Of a stretch of DNA of 64,000 bases, positions 37,933 to 48,326 are shown piece after piece. The notes below the pieces were generated by a model that made no database searches, was not told the DNA's origin, and saw nothing but the letters and a program-made list of their open reading frames with translations. Numbering within the stretch: position 1 is the first letter of the stretch; each line of letters begins with the position of its first letter. Source of the DNA: an uncultured Actinomycetes bacterium (lineage in GTDB: Bacteria; Actinomycetota; UBA4738; JBBDTT01); contig CAVUMN010000003.1 of assembly GCA_963742735.1 (NCBI GenBank), forward strand, positions 864,001 to 928,000, in the 5' to 3' direction. The position numbers and the translations under genes are program-made.

Positions 37933-39747
37933 CTAGGCCTGCGGGAGCCAGGCCGGCGCGCGGATCACCAGCTCGACGTTGCGGTCCTTCCGCTCGCCGT
38001 AGCCCGTGGCGAAGCCCAGGTGTGGGTCGTTCGCCGCCAGCTCACGATGAATCGAGGCGAGGCGGGCGATGCCCCGCGCGCCGCGGGGATCGGCCGGCGC
38101 GTCGTGGTCGACCATCGTGCACCAGATGGACAGGGTCCGGTCGACGGCGTTGTGGCAGACCTCCACCACCCGGGTCTGGATCACCCAGTCGCACTGCGAC
38201 GCGGTCGTGACGTCCCAGAACCCGTTGGTCCGTCCGGCCGGATCCGGCTGCGCCTCGATGAAGTTGTCGTGCGTGTGGCCGCTGAACCAGGCGACGAGGT
38301 TCGGGAACCGGTGCACGAGCGCCTCGATCTCGTCGGCCATCACGCGGGGCAGGTCGTTGTCGGCGGGGTCGAAGGGGTTGGGGGCGATGACGGGGTTGTC
38401 CAGAGTACGGAGGGCGTGGTGGCCGAACATCAGCACGATGCGGTCCCGGTGGTCGGTGTGGACCTGCTCGCCGGCCGCGTCGTAGTACGTGGAGTGCGCC
38501 GCGATCAGCTGCTGCTCGAGCCAGTCGAACTGTGCCCGGCCCACGCTGCCCGAGTTGAAGCCGCCCGGGTTCACGGTGTCCAGGCAGATCATCCGGATCG
38601 GCGGCGTGCCGGGGCGGTCGATCACGTAGTAGCCCTGGCCCGTCTCGCGGTTCGCCTGCGTGAAGCCGTGACCGCGTGGCGCGCCCGAGGTCGTGAAGAA
38701 CTCCTCGATGTACTGGCGGCGGGTCACGACCTGGCGCCCGGGGTCGGCGGTGACCGGCACGGCCGGCCCGGTGAACAACGCGGCGGGGTTGGACAGCAGG
38801 GTTTCGAACCCGTCGCACGGGGTCAGCCCCGGCGGCCCCCCGGTGGCCTTGAGGGATCCCAGGGCGATGGCCTCGAAGGCGGGGTTCTCCGCGACGTTGC
38901 CCTGCATGAGCGAGTCGTGGTTCCCCAGCACCTGGTACCAGGGGGTGCCGACACCGGTCGCTCGGAACGGCTTGATCGCCTCCTCGAGCAAACCGGGATA
39001 GTCGGGGAACCCGAACCGCTGCTTGTAGGTGTCGGCGGCGGGATCCGGGTGCCAGTAGCTGGGGTCCGGCGTTCCCGTCGGCAGCAGCCAGTTGACCGAC
39101 TGGACGCCCTCCCACTCGGGCCCGCCGCTGTTCGGGGTGATCCGCTTCCCACCGTCCATGAGGTCGATGAACCACCGCAGCTCGTTGCGCTGGGCGTTGT
39201 CCGCGTTGTCCCCCGTGAACATCGTGAACGCCACGCGACCGCCGGCGACGGGCCCCCGGCGAATCCGCTTCAGGGTCCGGTTCATCTGCTCGATCTCGTT
39301 GGCGTTCAGGGATTCCTGCGGGCGGAACGAGGCCTCGAACGGCGTGGCGTTGCACAGGTCGCCGTCCACCCGGTCGAGGAACTCCACGCGGGCGGGCGAC
39401 TGGGCATCGGCGAGCTGGTTGTCGCACGCGTGGATGAAGGTGACCAGCGGCCGCCCGGCGCCGGGGCTCCGGCGCCTGCCGAGCTCCGTCCGCCGCAGGT
39501 GCTTCTCGCCGGGGCCGTACGTCAGGCGGAAGTAGGTCCCGGCCGTCCCCTCGCCGAGCCGGGCGCCACGGACGATCGTGCGGGCCATCGTGGTCGCGCG
39601 GCGGATCGACTGGAGCTGGGTCGGTCCGGAGCCGAGGGCCGGTCCGTTGGCGAAGGCCGCGTCCGCGCGGAGCCAGGGCGCCGCGGCCGCGCCGGCCACG
39701 GCCAGCCCGCCCATCCGCAGGAGATCGCGCCGCGTGAGCTCAGCCAT
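37933..39747 (-). CDS. Tat-exported metallophosphoesterase (TIGR03767-like)
   Basis: Twin-arginine TRRDLL; DAQSPAR, TGDNADN, GNHD, GHH, GHTH. Confidence 0.85.
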   Translation of the reverse strand: MAELTRRDLLRMGGLAVAGAAAAPWLRADAAFANGPALGSGPTQLQSIRRATTMARTIVRGARLGEGTAGTYFRLTYGPGEKHLRRTELGRRRSPGAGRPLVTFIHACDNQLADAQSPARVEFLDRVDGDLCNATPFEASFRPQESLNANEIEQMNRTLKRIRRGPVAGGRVAFTMFTGDNADNAQRNELRWFIDLMDGGKRITPNSGGPEWEGVQSVNWLLPTGTPDPSYWHPDPAADTYKQRFGFPDYPGLLEEAIKPFRATGVGTPWYQVLGNHDSLMQGNVAENPAFEAIALGSLKATGGPPGLTPCDGFETLLSNPAALFTGPAVPVTADPGRQVVTRRQYIEEFFTTSGAPRGHGFTQANRETGQGYYVIDRPGTPPIRMICLDTVNPGGFNSGSVGRAQFDWLEQQLIAAHSTYYDAAGEQVHTDHRDRIVLMFGHHALRTLDNPVIAPNPFDPADNDLPRVMADEIEALVHRFPNLVAWFSGHTHDNFIEAQPDPAGRTNGFWDVTTASQCDWVIQTRVVEVCHNAVDRTLSIWCTMVDHDAPADPRGARGIARLASIHRELAANDPHLGFATGYGERKDRNVELVIRAPAWLPQA

Positions 39748-39819
39748 GTGAACGGGATTCGACCACGAGGCGACTCCGCCCTGCGAGGCCCCGGCCGGTT
39801 CGTCCCGGTTCGGGAGGTA

Positions 39820-40743
39820 TCAGATCTTCAGCCGGACCGTCTTGGGGAGGACCTCGAACAGCGCGGGCGTCGTGCCGAGCACCTCGCCGTCCGCCTCGAT
39901 CTGCAGCGGCCGGTCGGCGTCCACCTCGATCCGCGAGGCCAGGAACTCCCGGATGTTCGGGCTGGGAAGGTGTTCGCCCTTGTAGAGCTTGGGCAGCGTC
40001 GTGAACGAATCGGACTTCGGGCCGGTGCTGACCTGGACGTCGAGCCGGCCGTCGTCGGGCATCGACCGCGGCGAGATCTTCATTCCGCCCCCGAAGAACT
40101 GGCCGTTGGCGATCACCACGTTGTTGCCGCGCCCGTTCCAGTCGCGGCGGTCGGCGCGCAGGCGGATCTCGGTCGCCTTGAACTTCCGGAGGGCCAGCCA
40201 GAACCCCCAGAAGTAGCGGGACCGGCCCAGCCATCGCGGGAGGCGTTCGGCGCGCGCCACCGAGTCCCCGCCCAGGCCGGCCTCGGCGATGTTGGGGAAC
40301 AGCCGGGTCTGGTCCGTCCCGTCCGGGTCCCGGTACGTCACCTTGCCGACGTCGATCGGGAACAGGTCCTCCCCGGTGAGGTGCCGGATCGCCCGCGTCA
40401 CGTCCTGGGGAAGCCCGAACGTCTTCACGAAGTCGCACCCCGAGCCGGCCGGGACGATGCCGAGCACGGCGTCCTCGGCGATGGGGCGGTCCCCGTCGAA
40501 CATGCCGTTGACGACCTCGTGGACCGTGCCGTCGCCGCCGACCGCGACGATGAACCGGTCGCCCCGCTCCAGCGACTCGCGGGTGAATCGGACGGCGTCA
40601 CCCGGGCCCTCGGTCCGGCGGATGCGGAATTCCAGCCGGTTGGCCAGGAGCGTGCGCTCGATCTCGGGCAGCTCCTGGGCGACCCGTCCCCGCCCGGCCC
40701 GGGGGTTCATGATCAGCGTGAGCGGCCCGAACGGGCTGGTCAC
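39820..40743 (-). CDS. Diacylglycerol kinase family lipid kinase
   Basis: NPRAG, GGDGTVHEV, PAGSGCDF, GGGM, ADGE. Confidence 0.9.
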   Translation of the reverse strand: MTSPFGPLTLIMNPRAGRGRVAQELPEIERTLLANRLEFRIRRTEGPGDAVRFTRESLERGDRFIVAVGGDGTVHEVVNGMFDGDRPIAEDAVLGIVPAGSGCDFVKTFGLPQDVTRAIRHLTGEDLFPIDVGKVTYRDPDGTDQTRLFPNIAEAGLGGDSVARAERLPRWLGRSRYFWGFWLALRKFKATEIRLRADRRDWNGRGNNVVIANGQFFGGGMKISPRSMPDDGRLDVQVSTGPKSDSFTTLPKLYKGEHLPSPNIREFLASRIEVDADRPLQIEADGEVLGTTPALFEVLPKTVRLKI

Positions 40744-42149
40744 GGCAGCAGCCTCCCCGGGTTGAGGATCCCCTCGGGGTCGAGCGCCGCCTTGATCCGC
40801 CGGAGCACCCCCACCGTCTCCGTCCCCAGCTCGGCCTCCATGTACGGCGCCTTGAGCTGCCCGACACCGTGGTGGTGCGTCATGGTCCCGCCGGCCACGT
40901 GGCAGGCCTCGACGGCGCCCTTCCAGGCGCGCAGGTAGCGGTCCTCGACCGCGATGTCGCCCGTGTCGCGGACCAGGAACGTGAAGTAGAGCGACGCGCC
41001 CGAGCGGTACGGGTGGGAGATATGACAGCCCACGGCTTGGGACTCGGCGGCCAGAGCATCGGTCACCGCCCGGTACAACCCGGCGAGGTCGGCCCAGAAG
41101 CCGGCGACCTCCATCGTGTCGACGACCACGCCGTCGCCGAGGATCCGCTCGGGCCCCATGACCTTGCGGAAGGTCTCCACGGCGTCGTTGCGGTGCTCCC
41201 ACCAGTGCTGCCCGTACCCCGAGCCCAGATCGGTCGCCCCGGCGCCGTACGCGGCGCGCCGGGCCCACGCCCGCCGCTCCCCCACGCCGGGAGCGTCGGC
41301 GTCGAAGCCCACGATGAGCACCGGGCCTCCGGGGTGGCCCAGGTGGCCGAACGCGAGGGCCGCGTCGGACTCGTCGTACAGGCGCACGACCGTCGCCCCC
41401 GCGTCGCGCTGGACGAGCTGGCGGATCACGTCGGCCCCCATCTCGAACGACGTCGGCCGGTAGGCGTCCCACTCGGTGCCGGCCGGTAGGCGGGCGACGG
41501 ACAACACGGCCTCGGTGATCACGCCGTACGTCCCCTCCGAGCCGATGAACAGCCGCTGCAGCGCGGGGCCGGCGGCCGAGCGGGGCCGGGCCGGTACGTG
41601 GACGACCGTCCCGTCGGCGAGGACGACCGTCAGGCCGAGCAGGAGGTCCTCGATGGCGCCGTGGCCGGCGCTCGCCTGCCCCGCCGAGGACGCCGCGACC
41701 CACCCCCCTACGGTGGAGATCGCCAGCGACTGCGGGTAGTGCCCCAGGGTGAGCCCCTGGGCGTTCAGGGACTGCTCGAGCCGGTCGCCTCGGATGCCCG
41801 CCTGGACCGAGGCGGTCATCGACGTCGCGTCGACGGCCAGGATCCCCGCCATCCGGGTGAGGTCGAGGACGATGCCCCGCCTTATGGCCTCCGCCCCGCC
41901 CACCACGCCCGAGCCCGCGCCTCGGGGAACGACCGGCGTCGACGTCTCGCTCGCCCACCGCAGGGTCGTCGCGACGTCCTCGGTGCTCGACGGGAACACC
42001 ACGCCGGCGGGCCGAACGGGCGGGTCGCCCCGGACCTCCTTCAGCAGCGACAGCGACCACAGGTCGCGGGAACGGGACATCAGCTCGCCCGGATGGGTCG
42101 AGACGGCTCCGGGCGGCAGGCGTTCGGCGAGATCGTCGATCGCGCTCAC
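40740..42149 (-). CDS. FAD-binding oxidoreductase, alkyl-DHAP synthase-like
   Basis: PRGAGSGV, GHYPQS, GSEGTYGVITE, CHISH, THHHGVG, LDPEGILNPG. Confidence 0.8.
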   Translation of the reverse strand: MSAIDDLAERLPPGAVSTHPGELMSRSRDLWSLSLLKEVRGDPPVRPAGVVFPSSTEDVATTLRWASETSTPVVPRGAGSGVVGGAEAIRRGIVLDLTRMAGILAVDATSMTASVQAGIRGDRLEQSLNAQGLTLGHYPQSLAISTVGGWVAASSAGQASAGHGAIEDLLLGLTVVLADGTVVHVPARPRSAAGPALQRLFIGSEGTYGVITEAVLSVARLPAGTEWDAYRPTSFEMGADVIRQLVQRDAGATVVRLYDESDAALAFGHLGHPGGPVLIVGFDADAPGVGERRAWARRAAYGAGATDLGSGYGQHWWEHRNDAVETFRKVMGPERILGDGVVVDTMEVAGFWADLAGLYRAVTDALAAESQAVGCHISHPYRSGASLYFTFLVRDTGDIAVEDRYLRAWKGAVEACHVAGGTMTHHHGVGQLKAPYMEAELGTETVGVLRRIKAALDPEGILNPGRLLP

Positions 42150-42173
42150 GGCCGGGCGAGTGTATGCGGCCCG

Positions 42174-44795
42174 CTACACGCCCGTGTACGCGACGACGCC
42201 GCGGTTCACCCCGTCGTGGGCGGCCCGGGCGATCCCGGCCACTCCCGGCGGCGCCACCGACTCGACCTGGCGCAGGAGGTCGAGCAGCTGCTTGCACGTA
42301 CGCACGAAGTCGCCGGGGGCCATCTCGGTCTGTCCCAGGACGGTCTCGAGGTCCTTGCCCTCGGCCCACAGAAACGCCAGCTGGGCGAACCCCGGGTCGA
42401 GCTCGCGGACCAGCTCCACCTGGTGCTTCTCCTCGGTGCGGCGGACGCCGAGCCACAGGTCGCGCATGAGCCGGAACCGCTCGCGCACCCGTTGGGTGGG
42501 CCACTCCGGCTGCCGGGGCCCCCGCTCCCGCGACTCGTAGACGAGTCCCGACACGAGCCCCGCCAGCTCCGAGCCCGACAGCTCGTCGAACAACCCCGCG
42601 TCGAGGGCCTCCCCCACCAGCAGGTCGCCCTCGCCGTAGATCCGGCACAGGCGCTCGCCCTTGGGCTCGAGCTCGAACCCTGTGACGTAGTTCAGGTCGC
42701 GCAGGACCCCCAGGACGCGATCGAGCTGGCGGGCGAGCGTCTCGGTGCGTCCGCGGATGCGCCGCTCGAGGGTCTCGACCTGCCGGCGAAGCTTCGACCA
42801 TCGCTCGGCCCACCGCTCGTGCTGCGCCCGGTCCGGACACGCGTGACAGGGGTGCTCGCGGGCCTTGCGGTCGAGGGCCTCGGCCCTGGCTAGGGCCTTC
42901 GGGTCCGGGCGCGCCGCCCGCGCCTTGGGCCGCTTGACGTCGAGCATGACGAGCTTCGCCGCCAGGTCGCGGCGGTACCTGGCGCTCCGCGCGCTCCCGG
43001 ACGACGGCAGCTTGATGCGGGTGACGGGCGCGGGCGGGGCCTCGAAGTCCTTCGGCGCCGCGCGGAAGGCGCGGCGGTCCTGGGTGAGCACCGTCGGGCG
43101 TCCGTCGCGGCTCGAGAGCACGACCGCGAGGCCCGCTCGCCGCGCCCCCGGGACGAAGAGCACGTCCCCCGGCTTCAGGGACGCCAGGGCCTCCCGAACG
43201 GCGTCCGTGCGGTTGCGCTCGGCGCCGCTGCGGGCCTCCTGGCGCAGTCGCGCGGCCTTCTCGCGCATCGTCCAGTACTCGACGAAGTCCCCTCGATCGC
43301 ACTCCAGGTTCTTCGCGTAGCCCTCCAGCCCCGACCGGCTCCGCTCGAGCTGGCGCTCCGAGGACACGACGCTGCGGTCCACCAGGAACTGCGCGAACGA
43401 GGAGTTCAGCAGGTGGTGGGCCTCGTCCGGCGAGTAGTTGCGCACCAGGTTCACGGCCATGTTGTACGAGGGCCGGAACGAGGACGTGAGCTCGTAGGTC
43501 CGCTTCGTCGCCAGCGAGGCGACCTGTTCGAAGTTCACCTGCCGCTGGTACAGCACGACGGCGTAGCCGTGCTCGTCGATGCCGCGGCGTCCCGCGCGGC
43601 CCGTGAGTTGGGTGTACAGCCCGGCGGTGAGGATCTCGTGCCGCTCGCCGGTGAACTTCCACAGGTCCTCGATGACCACCGTCCGGGCCGGCATGTTGAT
43701 CCCCAGCGAGAGGGTCTCGGTGGCGAAGACGATCTTCACGAAGCCTCCGGCGAAGAGCTCCTCGACGGTCTCCTTGAAGAGCGGGAGCATGCCCGCGTGG
43801 TGCGAGGCGATGCCGGCGGCCAGCGCCTCGCGGAACTCGTAGAAGCCGAGCGCCTCAAGGTCCTCCTCGGGGATCGTCGCCGCCCGCATGTCGGCGAACT
43901 CGCGGACGCGGGCCTCCTCCGCCGCGTTGGTGAGCCGGATGCCGGACTCCATCAGCCACTGGACGCTCTTGCTGCACCCCGCGCGGCTGAACACGAAGTA
44001 GATCGCGGGGAGCATGGTCCGCTGGGACAGAATCTCGACGACGTCCTCCCGCCGCGGCGCTCGGACCTTGCTGCGCCGCGTGTATCGCCCCCGGGCCAGG
44101 TCGCGTTCGCGACGATGCTCCTCCCGCTCCATCGAGATGATGCGCGGGTTCGGCAGGAGCTCGTCATTGCGCTCGACATGGATCGGCAAGAGGTCGTTGC
44201 CGACCAGGTAGAGGTGCTCGAGCGGGACGGGCCGCCGCTCCTCGATGACCACCCGCGTGGTCCCCCGCAGCGTCCCGATCCACTCGCCGAACTCCTCGGC
44301 GTTCGACACGGTCGCCGACAGGCACACCACCGCGACCGAGAGCGGCAGGTGGATCAGGACCTCCTCCCACACCGCGCCGCGATACGGGTCCTGCAGGTAG
44401 TGCACCTCGTCCAGGACCACGTACTGCAGGCCGTTCAGCGTGGGGCTCTGCTCGTAGAGCATGTTCCGCAGGACCTCGGTGGTCATGACGACGATCGAGG
44501 CCTCGGAGTTGATCGAGTTGTCGCCGGTCAGCAGCCCGACCTTCGAGGCGCCGTACGTCGCGACGAAGTCACCGAACTTCTGGTTCGAGAGGGCCTTCAG
44601 GGGCGTCGTGTAGAAGGCCTTCCGCCTGCCCTCGACCGCGCGCTCGACCGCGTACTCGGCGACGACGGTCTTGCCCGAGCCGGTCGGCGCGGCGACCAGC
44701 ACCGACTCGCCCAGCGCCAGCCCCTCGATGGCGCGCTGCTGGAACTCGTCCAGCGGGAACGGATAGTTCGCCGCGAAGCGCTCGATGCTCTCCAC
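42174..44795 (-). CDS. helY: Ski2-like DEAD/DEAH RNA helicase HelY
   Basis: PTGSGKT, PLKALSNQK, DEVH, SAT, GINMPA, GRAGRRG, C-terminal DSHCT (GDFVR). Confidence 0.93.
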   Translation of the reverse strand: MESIERFAANYPFPLDEFQQRAIEGLALGESVLVAAPTGSGKTVVAEYAVERAVEGRRKAFYTTPLKALSNQKFGDFVATYGASKVGLLTGDNSINSEASIVVMTTEVLRNMLYEQSPTLNGLQYVVLDEVHYLQDPYRGAVWEEVLIHLPLSVAVVCLSATVSNAEEFGEWIGTLRGTTRVVIEERRPVPLEHLYLVGNDLLPIHVERNDELLPNPRIISMEREEHRRERDLARGRYTRRSKVRAPRREDVVEILSQRTMLPAIYFVFSRAGCSKSVQWLMESGIRLTNAAEEARVREFADMRAATIPEEDLEALGFYEFREALAAGIASHHAGMLPLFKETVEELFAGGFVKIVFATETLSLGINMPARTVVIEDLWKFTGERHEILTAGLYTQLTGRAGRRGIDEHGYAVVLYQRQVNFEQVASLATKRTYELTSSFRPSYNMAVNLVRNYSPDEAHHLLNSSFAQFLVDRSVVSSERQLERSRSGLEGYAKNLECDRGDFVEYWTMREKAARLRQEARSGAERNRTDAVREALASLKPGDVLFVPGARRAGLAVVLSSRDGRPTVLTQDRRAFRAAPKDFEAPPAPVTRIKLPSSGSARSARYRRDLAAKLVMLDVKRPKARAARPDPKALARAEALDRKAREHPCHACPDRAQHERWAERWSKLRRQVETLERRIRGRTETLARQLDRVLGVLRDLNYVTGFELEPKGERLCRIYGEGDLLVGEALDAGLFDELSGSELAGLVSGLVYESRERGPRQPEWPTQRVRERFRLMRDLWLGVRRTEEKHQVELVRELDPGFAQLAFLWAEGKDLETVLGQTEMAPGDFVRTCKQLLDLLRQVESVAPPGVAGIARAAHDGVNRGVVAYTGV

Positions 44796-44888
44796 GGCCA
44801 AACCCTACCGGTGGCTTCCTCCTGTTGGACCGTCTCGGGCGTCTGCGGCTGCTGAGGTCGGGCCCCGCTCCGCGCTGAACAGCCGGAG

Positions 44889-45620
44889 CTACAACCCGCA
44901 GCGCTCCAGGAGATCGGAGAGGGCCGCGTTGAAGGCGTCGGGGGCTTCCATGTTGGAGAGGTGGCCGGCGCCGGGGATCTCGATGTAGTCGGCGCCGATG
45001 AGGGTGGCCATGTTGCGGACGGCGTCCGGCGTGGTGATCGGGTCCTCACCGCCGACGACGCAGATCGTGGGGACGTCGATCGTCGCGAGGACGTCGGTCG
45101 AGTCGGGGCGCTCGGCCATCCCGAGGGCGGCCGCGGCGATGGAGCCGGCGGGCTGACGGGCGATGATCGCCTTCATCTCGTCCCACAGCTCGGCCGGGGC
45201 GTTCGGGGAGAGGAGCGGCGGCGGATTGTCGGCGAGCTCCTGCGTTCCCTTCTCCAGGAGCATGGCCGCGAGTGCCCTGCGCCGCTCGGCGCCGGCCTCG
45301 TCGTCGGGCTCGGGCTTGGTGTCGGCGAGCAGGAATCCGGCCACCCGGTCCGCGTGCCGGCGCCACAGCGGGAACGAGGCGTACCCGCCCATGGACACCG
45401 CGGCCACCACCGCCTGCTCGATCCCGGCCTTGTCCATCTCCTCGACCGCGCGGTCGGCGGCCTCGTCCATCGTCATGACCTCGCCCTCGGGCTCGCTGGA
45501 GCCGAAGCCGGGGAAGTTGGGGGCCAGCACGCGCGTGCGGTCCTTGAACGCCTCGAACTGCCGGTCGTACATCGAGGAGTCCAGGGGGAAGGCGTGCAGC
45601 AGGATCAGGCCGTCTGCCAT
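44889..45620 (-). CDS. Alpha/beta hydrolase
   Basis: LHAFP, nucleophile elbow AVSMGG, GEDP, GHLS. Confidence 0.88.
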   Translation of the reverse strand: MADGLILLHAFPLDSSMYDRQFEAFKDRTRVLAPNFPGFGSSEPEGEVMTMDEAADRAVEEMDKAGIEQAVVAAVSMGGYASFPLWRRHADRVAGFLLADTKPEPDDEAGAERRRALAAMLLEKGTQELADNPPPLLSPNAPAELWDEMKAIIARQPAGSIAAAALGMAERPDSTDVLATIDVPTICVVGGEDPITTPDAVRNMATLIGADYIEIPGAGHLSNMEAPDAFNAALSDLLERCGL

Positions 45621-46498
45621 GGGGTCACCACCTTGAGAGATCGAGGGATCACGGACAGGGTCGCCGGGAGCGTCCCGGCGGGGTCGCCGTCGGCGTAGAC
45701 GCGAAACGCCCGGCCGGCGTCGACCTCCACGGTCGCGCCGCGGAACATGTGCACCTTCGGGTGGGAGACGTGCGTCCCCTTGAAGACCTTCGGGAACGCG
45801 GCCACGAACGCGAGCTTGCTCATGGCACCCACCGCGCAGACCTCCAGGGCGCCGTCGGTAAGCGAGGCGTCGGGGCAGACGTTCATGCCGCCCCCGTAGG
45901 AGCGGGCGTTGCCGACCGCCACCATCATGGCCTCCTCCTCGAGGACCGGCTGCCCGTCCACGCGGATCGTGAATCCTACGGGACGGAACCCGACCAGCGT
46001 ACGCAACGTCGCCGTCACGTACTTGGGCTTGCCGCGCAGCCGGTGGATCCGGTTGGCGACGTCGTTCGCGTCCGCGTCGAACCCGGTCCCGGCGACGCAC
46101 ACGAAGTACCGCTCGCCGTCGCCGGAGGCGATCCTGCCCACGTCGATCGTCTCGAACCGAGGCTCGGCCAGCAGCCGCACCGAGGGCTCCAGCCCGCGCA
46201 GCCCGAGCATGGCCGCGAAGTCGTTCCCGCTGCCTCCGGGCAGCACTGCCATGGCGACGGGGGTCCCGACCAGCCCGTTGGCGACCATGCCCACCAGGCC
46301 GTCGCCGCCGAGGGCGGCCACGATGTCGGCGCCGTCGTCCGCCGCGCGCCGGGCCAGCACCTCCGGCTCGCCGGGGCCCCGGCTCACGTGCAGGTCGTGG
46401 GGAAGCTTCAGCTCGGCGAGGAGTGCCGCCACCCGTTTGATGTGCTCCACGCCCTTGCCGCCGCCGGACGCGGGGTTCGCGACGACGGCGAGACGCAC
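45605..46498 (-). CDS. Diacylglycerol kinase family lipid kinase
   Basis: NPASG, GGDG, GSGNDFA, YGGGM, ADGD. Confidence 0.9.
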   Translation of the reverse strand: MRLAVVANPASGGGKGVEHIKRVAALLAELKLPHDLHVSRGPGEPEVLARRAADDGADIVAALGGDGLVGMVANGLVGTPVAMAVLPGGSGNDFAAMLGLRGLEPSVRLLAEPRFETIDVGRIASGDGERYFVCVAGTGFDADANDVANRIHRLRGKPKYVTATLRTLVGFRPVGFTIRVDGQPVLEEEAMMVAVGNARSYGGGMNVCPDASLTDGALEVCAVGAMSKLAFVAAFPKVFKGTHVSHPKVHMFRGATVEVDAGRAFRVYADGDPAGTLPATLSVIPRSLKVVTPWQTA

Positions 46499-46512
46499 CG
46501 GTGCGGCCGGAT

Positions 46513-47214
46513 CTACGAGCCGGGGAGGGGGTTGAAGTCGGTGGCCTCGAACGTCCCGAGCTCCACCCGGATGTTCGTGATCTTCTGCTGGCCGTAGGCG
46601 AACAGTCGCGTCGCCACCTGCACCTGCTCGGCGGCCTGCGCGAGGATGGGCTTGGCGTCCCTGGGCAACAGGTCCGTCGTATCCAGGGCCAGGTTGATCG
46701 CCACCTTGAACGCGCGCAGGCCCTCGAGCATCAGCGTCTTGGCGTCGATGACCTCGACGGTGTGCTCGGTGTTGCGGAGCTCGTCGGGGATCTCGATCGC
46801 GCCGACCTCCTTGATCGCCGCGTCCAGCAGGGCGGGGACCCCCTTGTTGTCCTTCTCGACCTGGGCGGGCTTGACGGTGCCGTTGCGAAGCCCGTCGAGC
46901 TGGGCGGCGAAGGTCGGCAGGAGCGACAGCTGGGAACCCGCGCCGGGCTGGGCCACGCCCTGCACCGCGAGCGTGACCCGCGAGTTGACCTCGTCGATGG
47001 CGGTGCCCTGGTTCGCCAGGCGCTCGTCGGCCTTCTGCTTGTTCCAGGTGACCAGCAGGATGACCCCGACGATCAGCAAGAGCAGCCCGACGGTCCCCCA
47101 CCGCGTGCTCCGGCGGGCCAGGAACGGCCGCTTCGGCACGACCACCGCGGGCCGGGGCGCCCGGGTGCCCGTCCGGGTGCCGCCGCGCGGCTTCTTCTTG
47201 CCCTTGATCGCCAA
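46513..47214 (-). CDS. Hypothetical membrane-anchored helical protein
   Basis: Basic N-terminus, one TM helix, helical ectodomain; SD GGAGG. Confidence 0.65.
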   Translation of the reverse strand: MAIKGKKKPRGGTRTGTRAPRPAVVVPKRPFLARRSTRWGTVGLLLLIVGVILLVTWNKQKADERLANQGTAIDEVNSRVTLAVQGVAQPGAGSQLSLLPTFAAQLDGLRNGTVKPAQVEKDNKGVPALLDAAIKEVGAIEIPDELRNTEHTVEVIDAKTLMLEGLRAFKVAINLALDTTDLLPRDAKPILAQAAEQVQVATRLFAYGQQKITNIRVELGTFEATDFNPLPGS

Positions 47215-47227
47215 GAACCGACCTCCG

Positions 47228-48007
47228 TTACCGATTGAATAGGCGCGCTACGAGGATCGAAAGTTCGTAGAAGACTACCAGCGGGATCGCCATCCCGAGC
47301 ATGGTGTACGGGTCCTGGCTGGGCGTGATCACCGCCGCCGCGACCACGATCCCCATGTACGCGTACCGGCGCCACGAACGCAGCTGCGCCGTGGTGATCA
47401 CCCGCGCCGCCGCCAGGAAGATCAGCACGATCGGGAACTCGAAGGAGAGCCCGAACGCCAGGATCACCAGGATCAGGAAGGAGACGTACTTGTCGATGGT
47501 GATCAGCGGCGTGATGTCGTTCCCCGCGAACCCGAGCAGGAACGACAGTGCCTTCGGCAGCGTGACGTACGCGAGCCAGCCTCCGCCCGCGAACAGGAGC
47601 ACCGACGCGATCACGAAGGGGAACGTCAGCCGCCGCTCACGCTTCGTGAGGCCCGGGGTGACGAACCGCCACAGCTGGTACAGCACGATCGGCAGCGCGA
47701 TGGCCAGTCCGGTGAACAGGGCAACCTTGATCCGGATCAGGAACGCGGCCCCGACCTCTCCCGCGTAGAGCTTGCACCCGCCACCGGAAAGGGCGTCCGG
47801 CGGGGCGATGTTCGGCAGGTCCCGCAGGGCCTCGCAGTAGGGCTCCTTGAACAGGCCGAAGATCGGCTCGAAGAACACGAAGCCGGCGATCGAGGCGAAC
47901 AGCACCGCCAGGACGGAGATGACCAGGCGTCGCCGGAGCTCGGTCAGGTGCTCGACGATCGACATCGCGTCCGGGCTCACACGTCGCCGGCGCGGGATCA
48001 GGGGCAT
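47228..48007 (-). CDS. tatC: Twin-arginine translocase TatC
   Basis: HLTELRRRL, PGL, FEFP, ITPSQDP. Confidence 0.95.
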   Translation of the reverse strand: MPLIPRRRRVSPDAMSIVEHLTELRRRLVISVLAVLFASIAGFVFFEPIFGLFKEPYCEALRDLPNIAPPDALSGGGCKLYAGEVGAAFLIRIKVALFTGLAIALPIVLYQLWRFVTPGLTKRERRLTFPFVIASVLLFAGGGWLAYVTLPKALSFLLGFAGNDITPLITIDKYVSFLILVILAFGLSFEFPIVLIFLAAARVITTAQLRSWRRYAYMGIVVAAAVITPSQDPYTMLGMAIPLVVFYELSILVARLFNR

Positions 48008-48025
48008 GGGTCGGAGGCGGCGGGG

Positions 48026-48304
48026 CTAGGCGTGCCCGGGGCCCTCGCCCGTCGGCTTCGGCTCCGCCTCAGCCGGGGGTGTCTCCGCGGTCGCGGGAGC
48101 CGGTTTCTCGCGGACGGCGGGCTCGGCCGGAGTGTTGAGGTCGGTGGCGCGCTCCAGCTCGTCGCGGAGGTCGTTCGAGGCGCGCCGGAACTCCTTCAGC
48201 CCCCGGCCGACCGAGCGGCCGATCTCGGGGAGGCGTTTGGGCCCGAAGACGATCAGGGCCAGCACCAGGATGATGATCAGCTCGAACGGACCGACGTTGC
48301 CCAT
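48026..48304 (-). CDS. tatA: Twin-arginine translocase TatA/B
   Basis: ELIIILVLALIVFGPKRLPEIGRSVGRGLKEFR. Confidence 0.9.
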   Translation of the reverse strand: MGNVGPFELIIILVLALIVFGPKRLPEIGRSVGRGLKEFRRASNDLRDELERATDLNTPAEPAVREKPAPATAETPPAEAEPKPTGEGPGHA

Positions 48305-48326
48305 TGGGGAACCTCCGCCTCCGATT

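Noticed and set aside
39750-39810. Possible alternative-sigma promoter (GTCGAAT) and GAACCGG direct repeat before the Tat phosphoesterase
   Set aside because: The motifs are short and occur once, so I cannot tell them from chance.
39820-43662. Very long ORF-track entries (1280 aa here; also 51150-54296, 894-4310, 1127-4423, 56948-58564)
   Set aside because: These are shadow frames caused by scarce stop codons in high-GC DNA. At most a part of each is a real gene.
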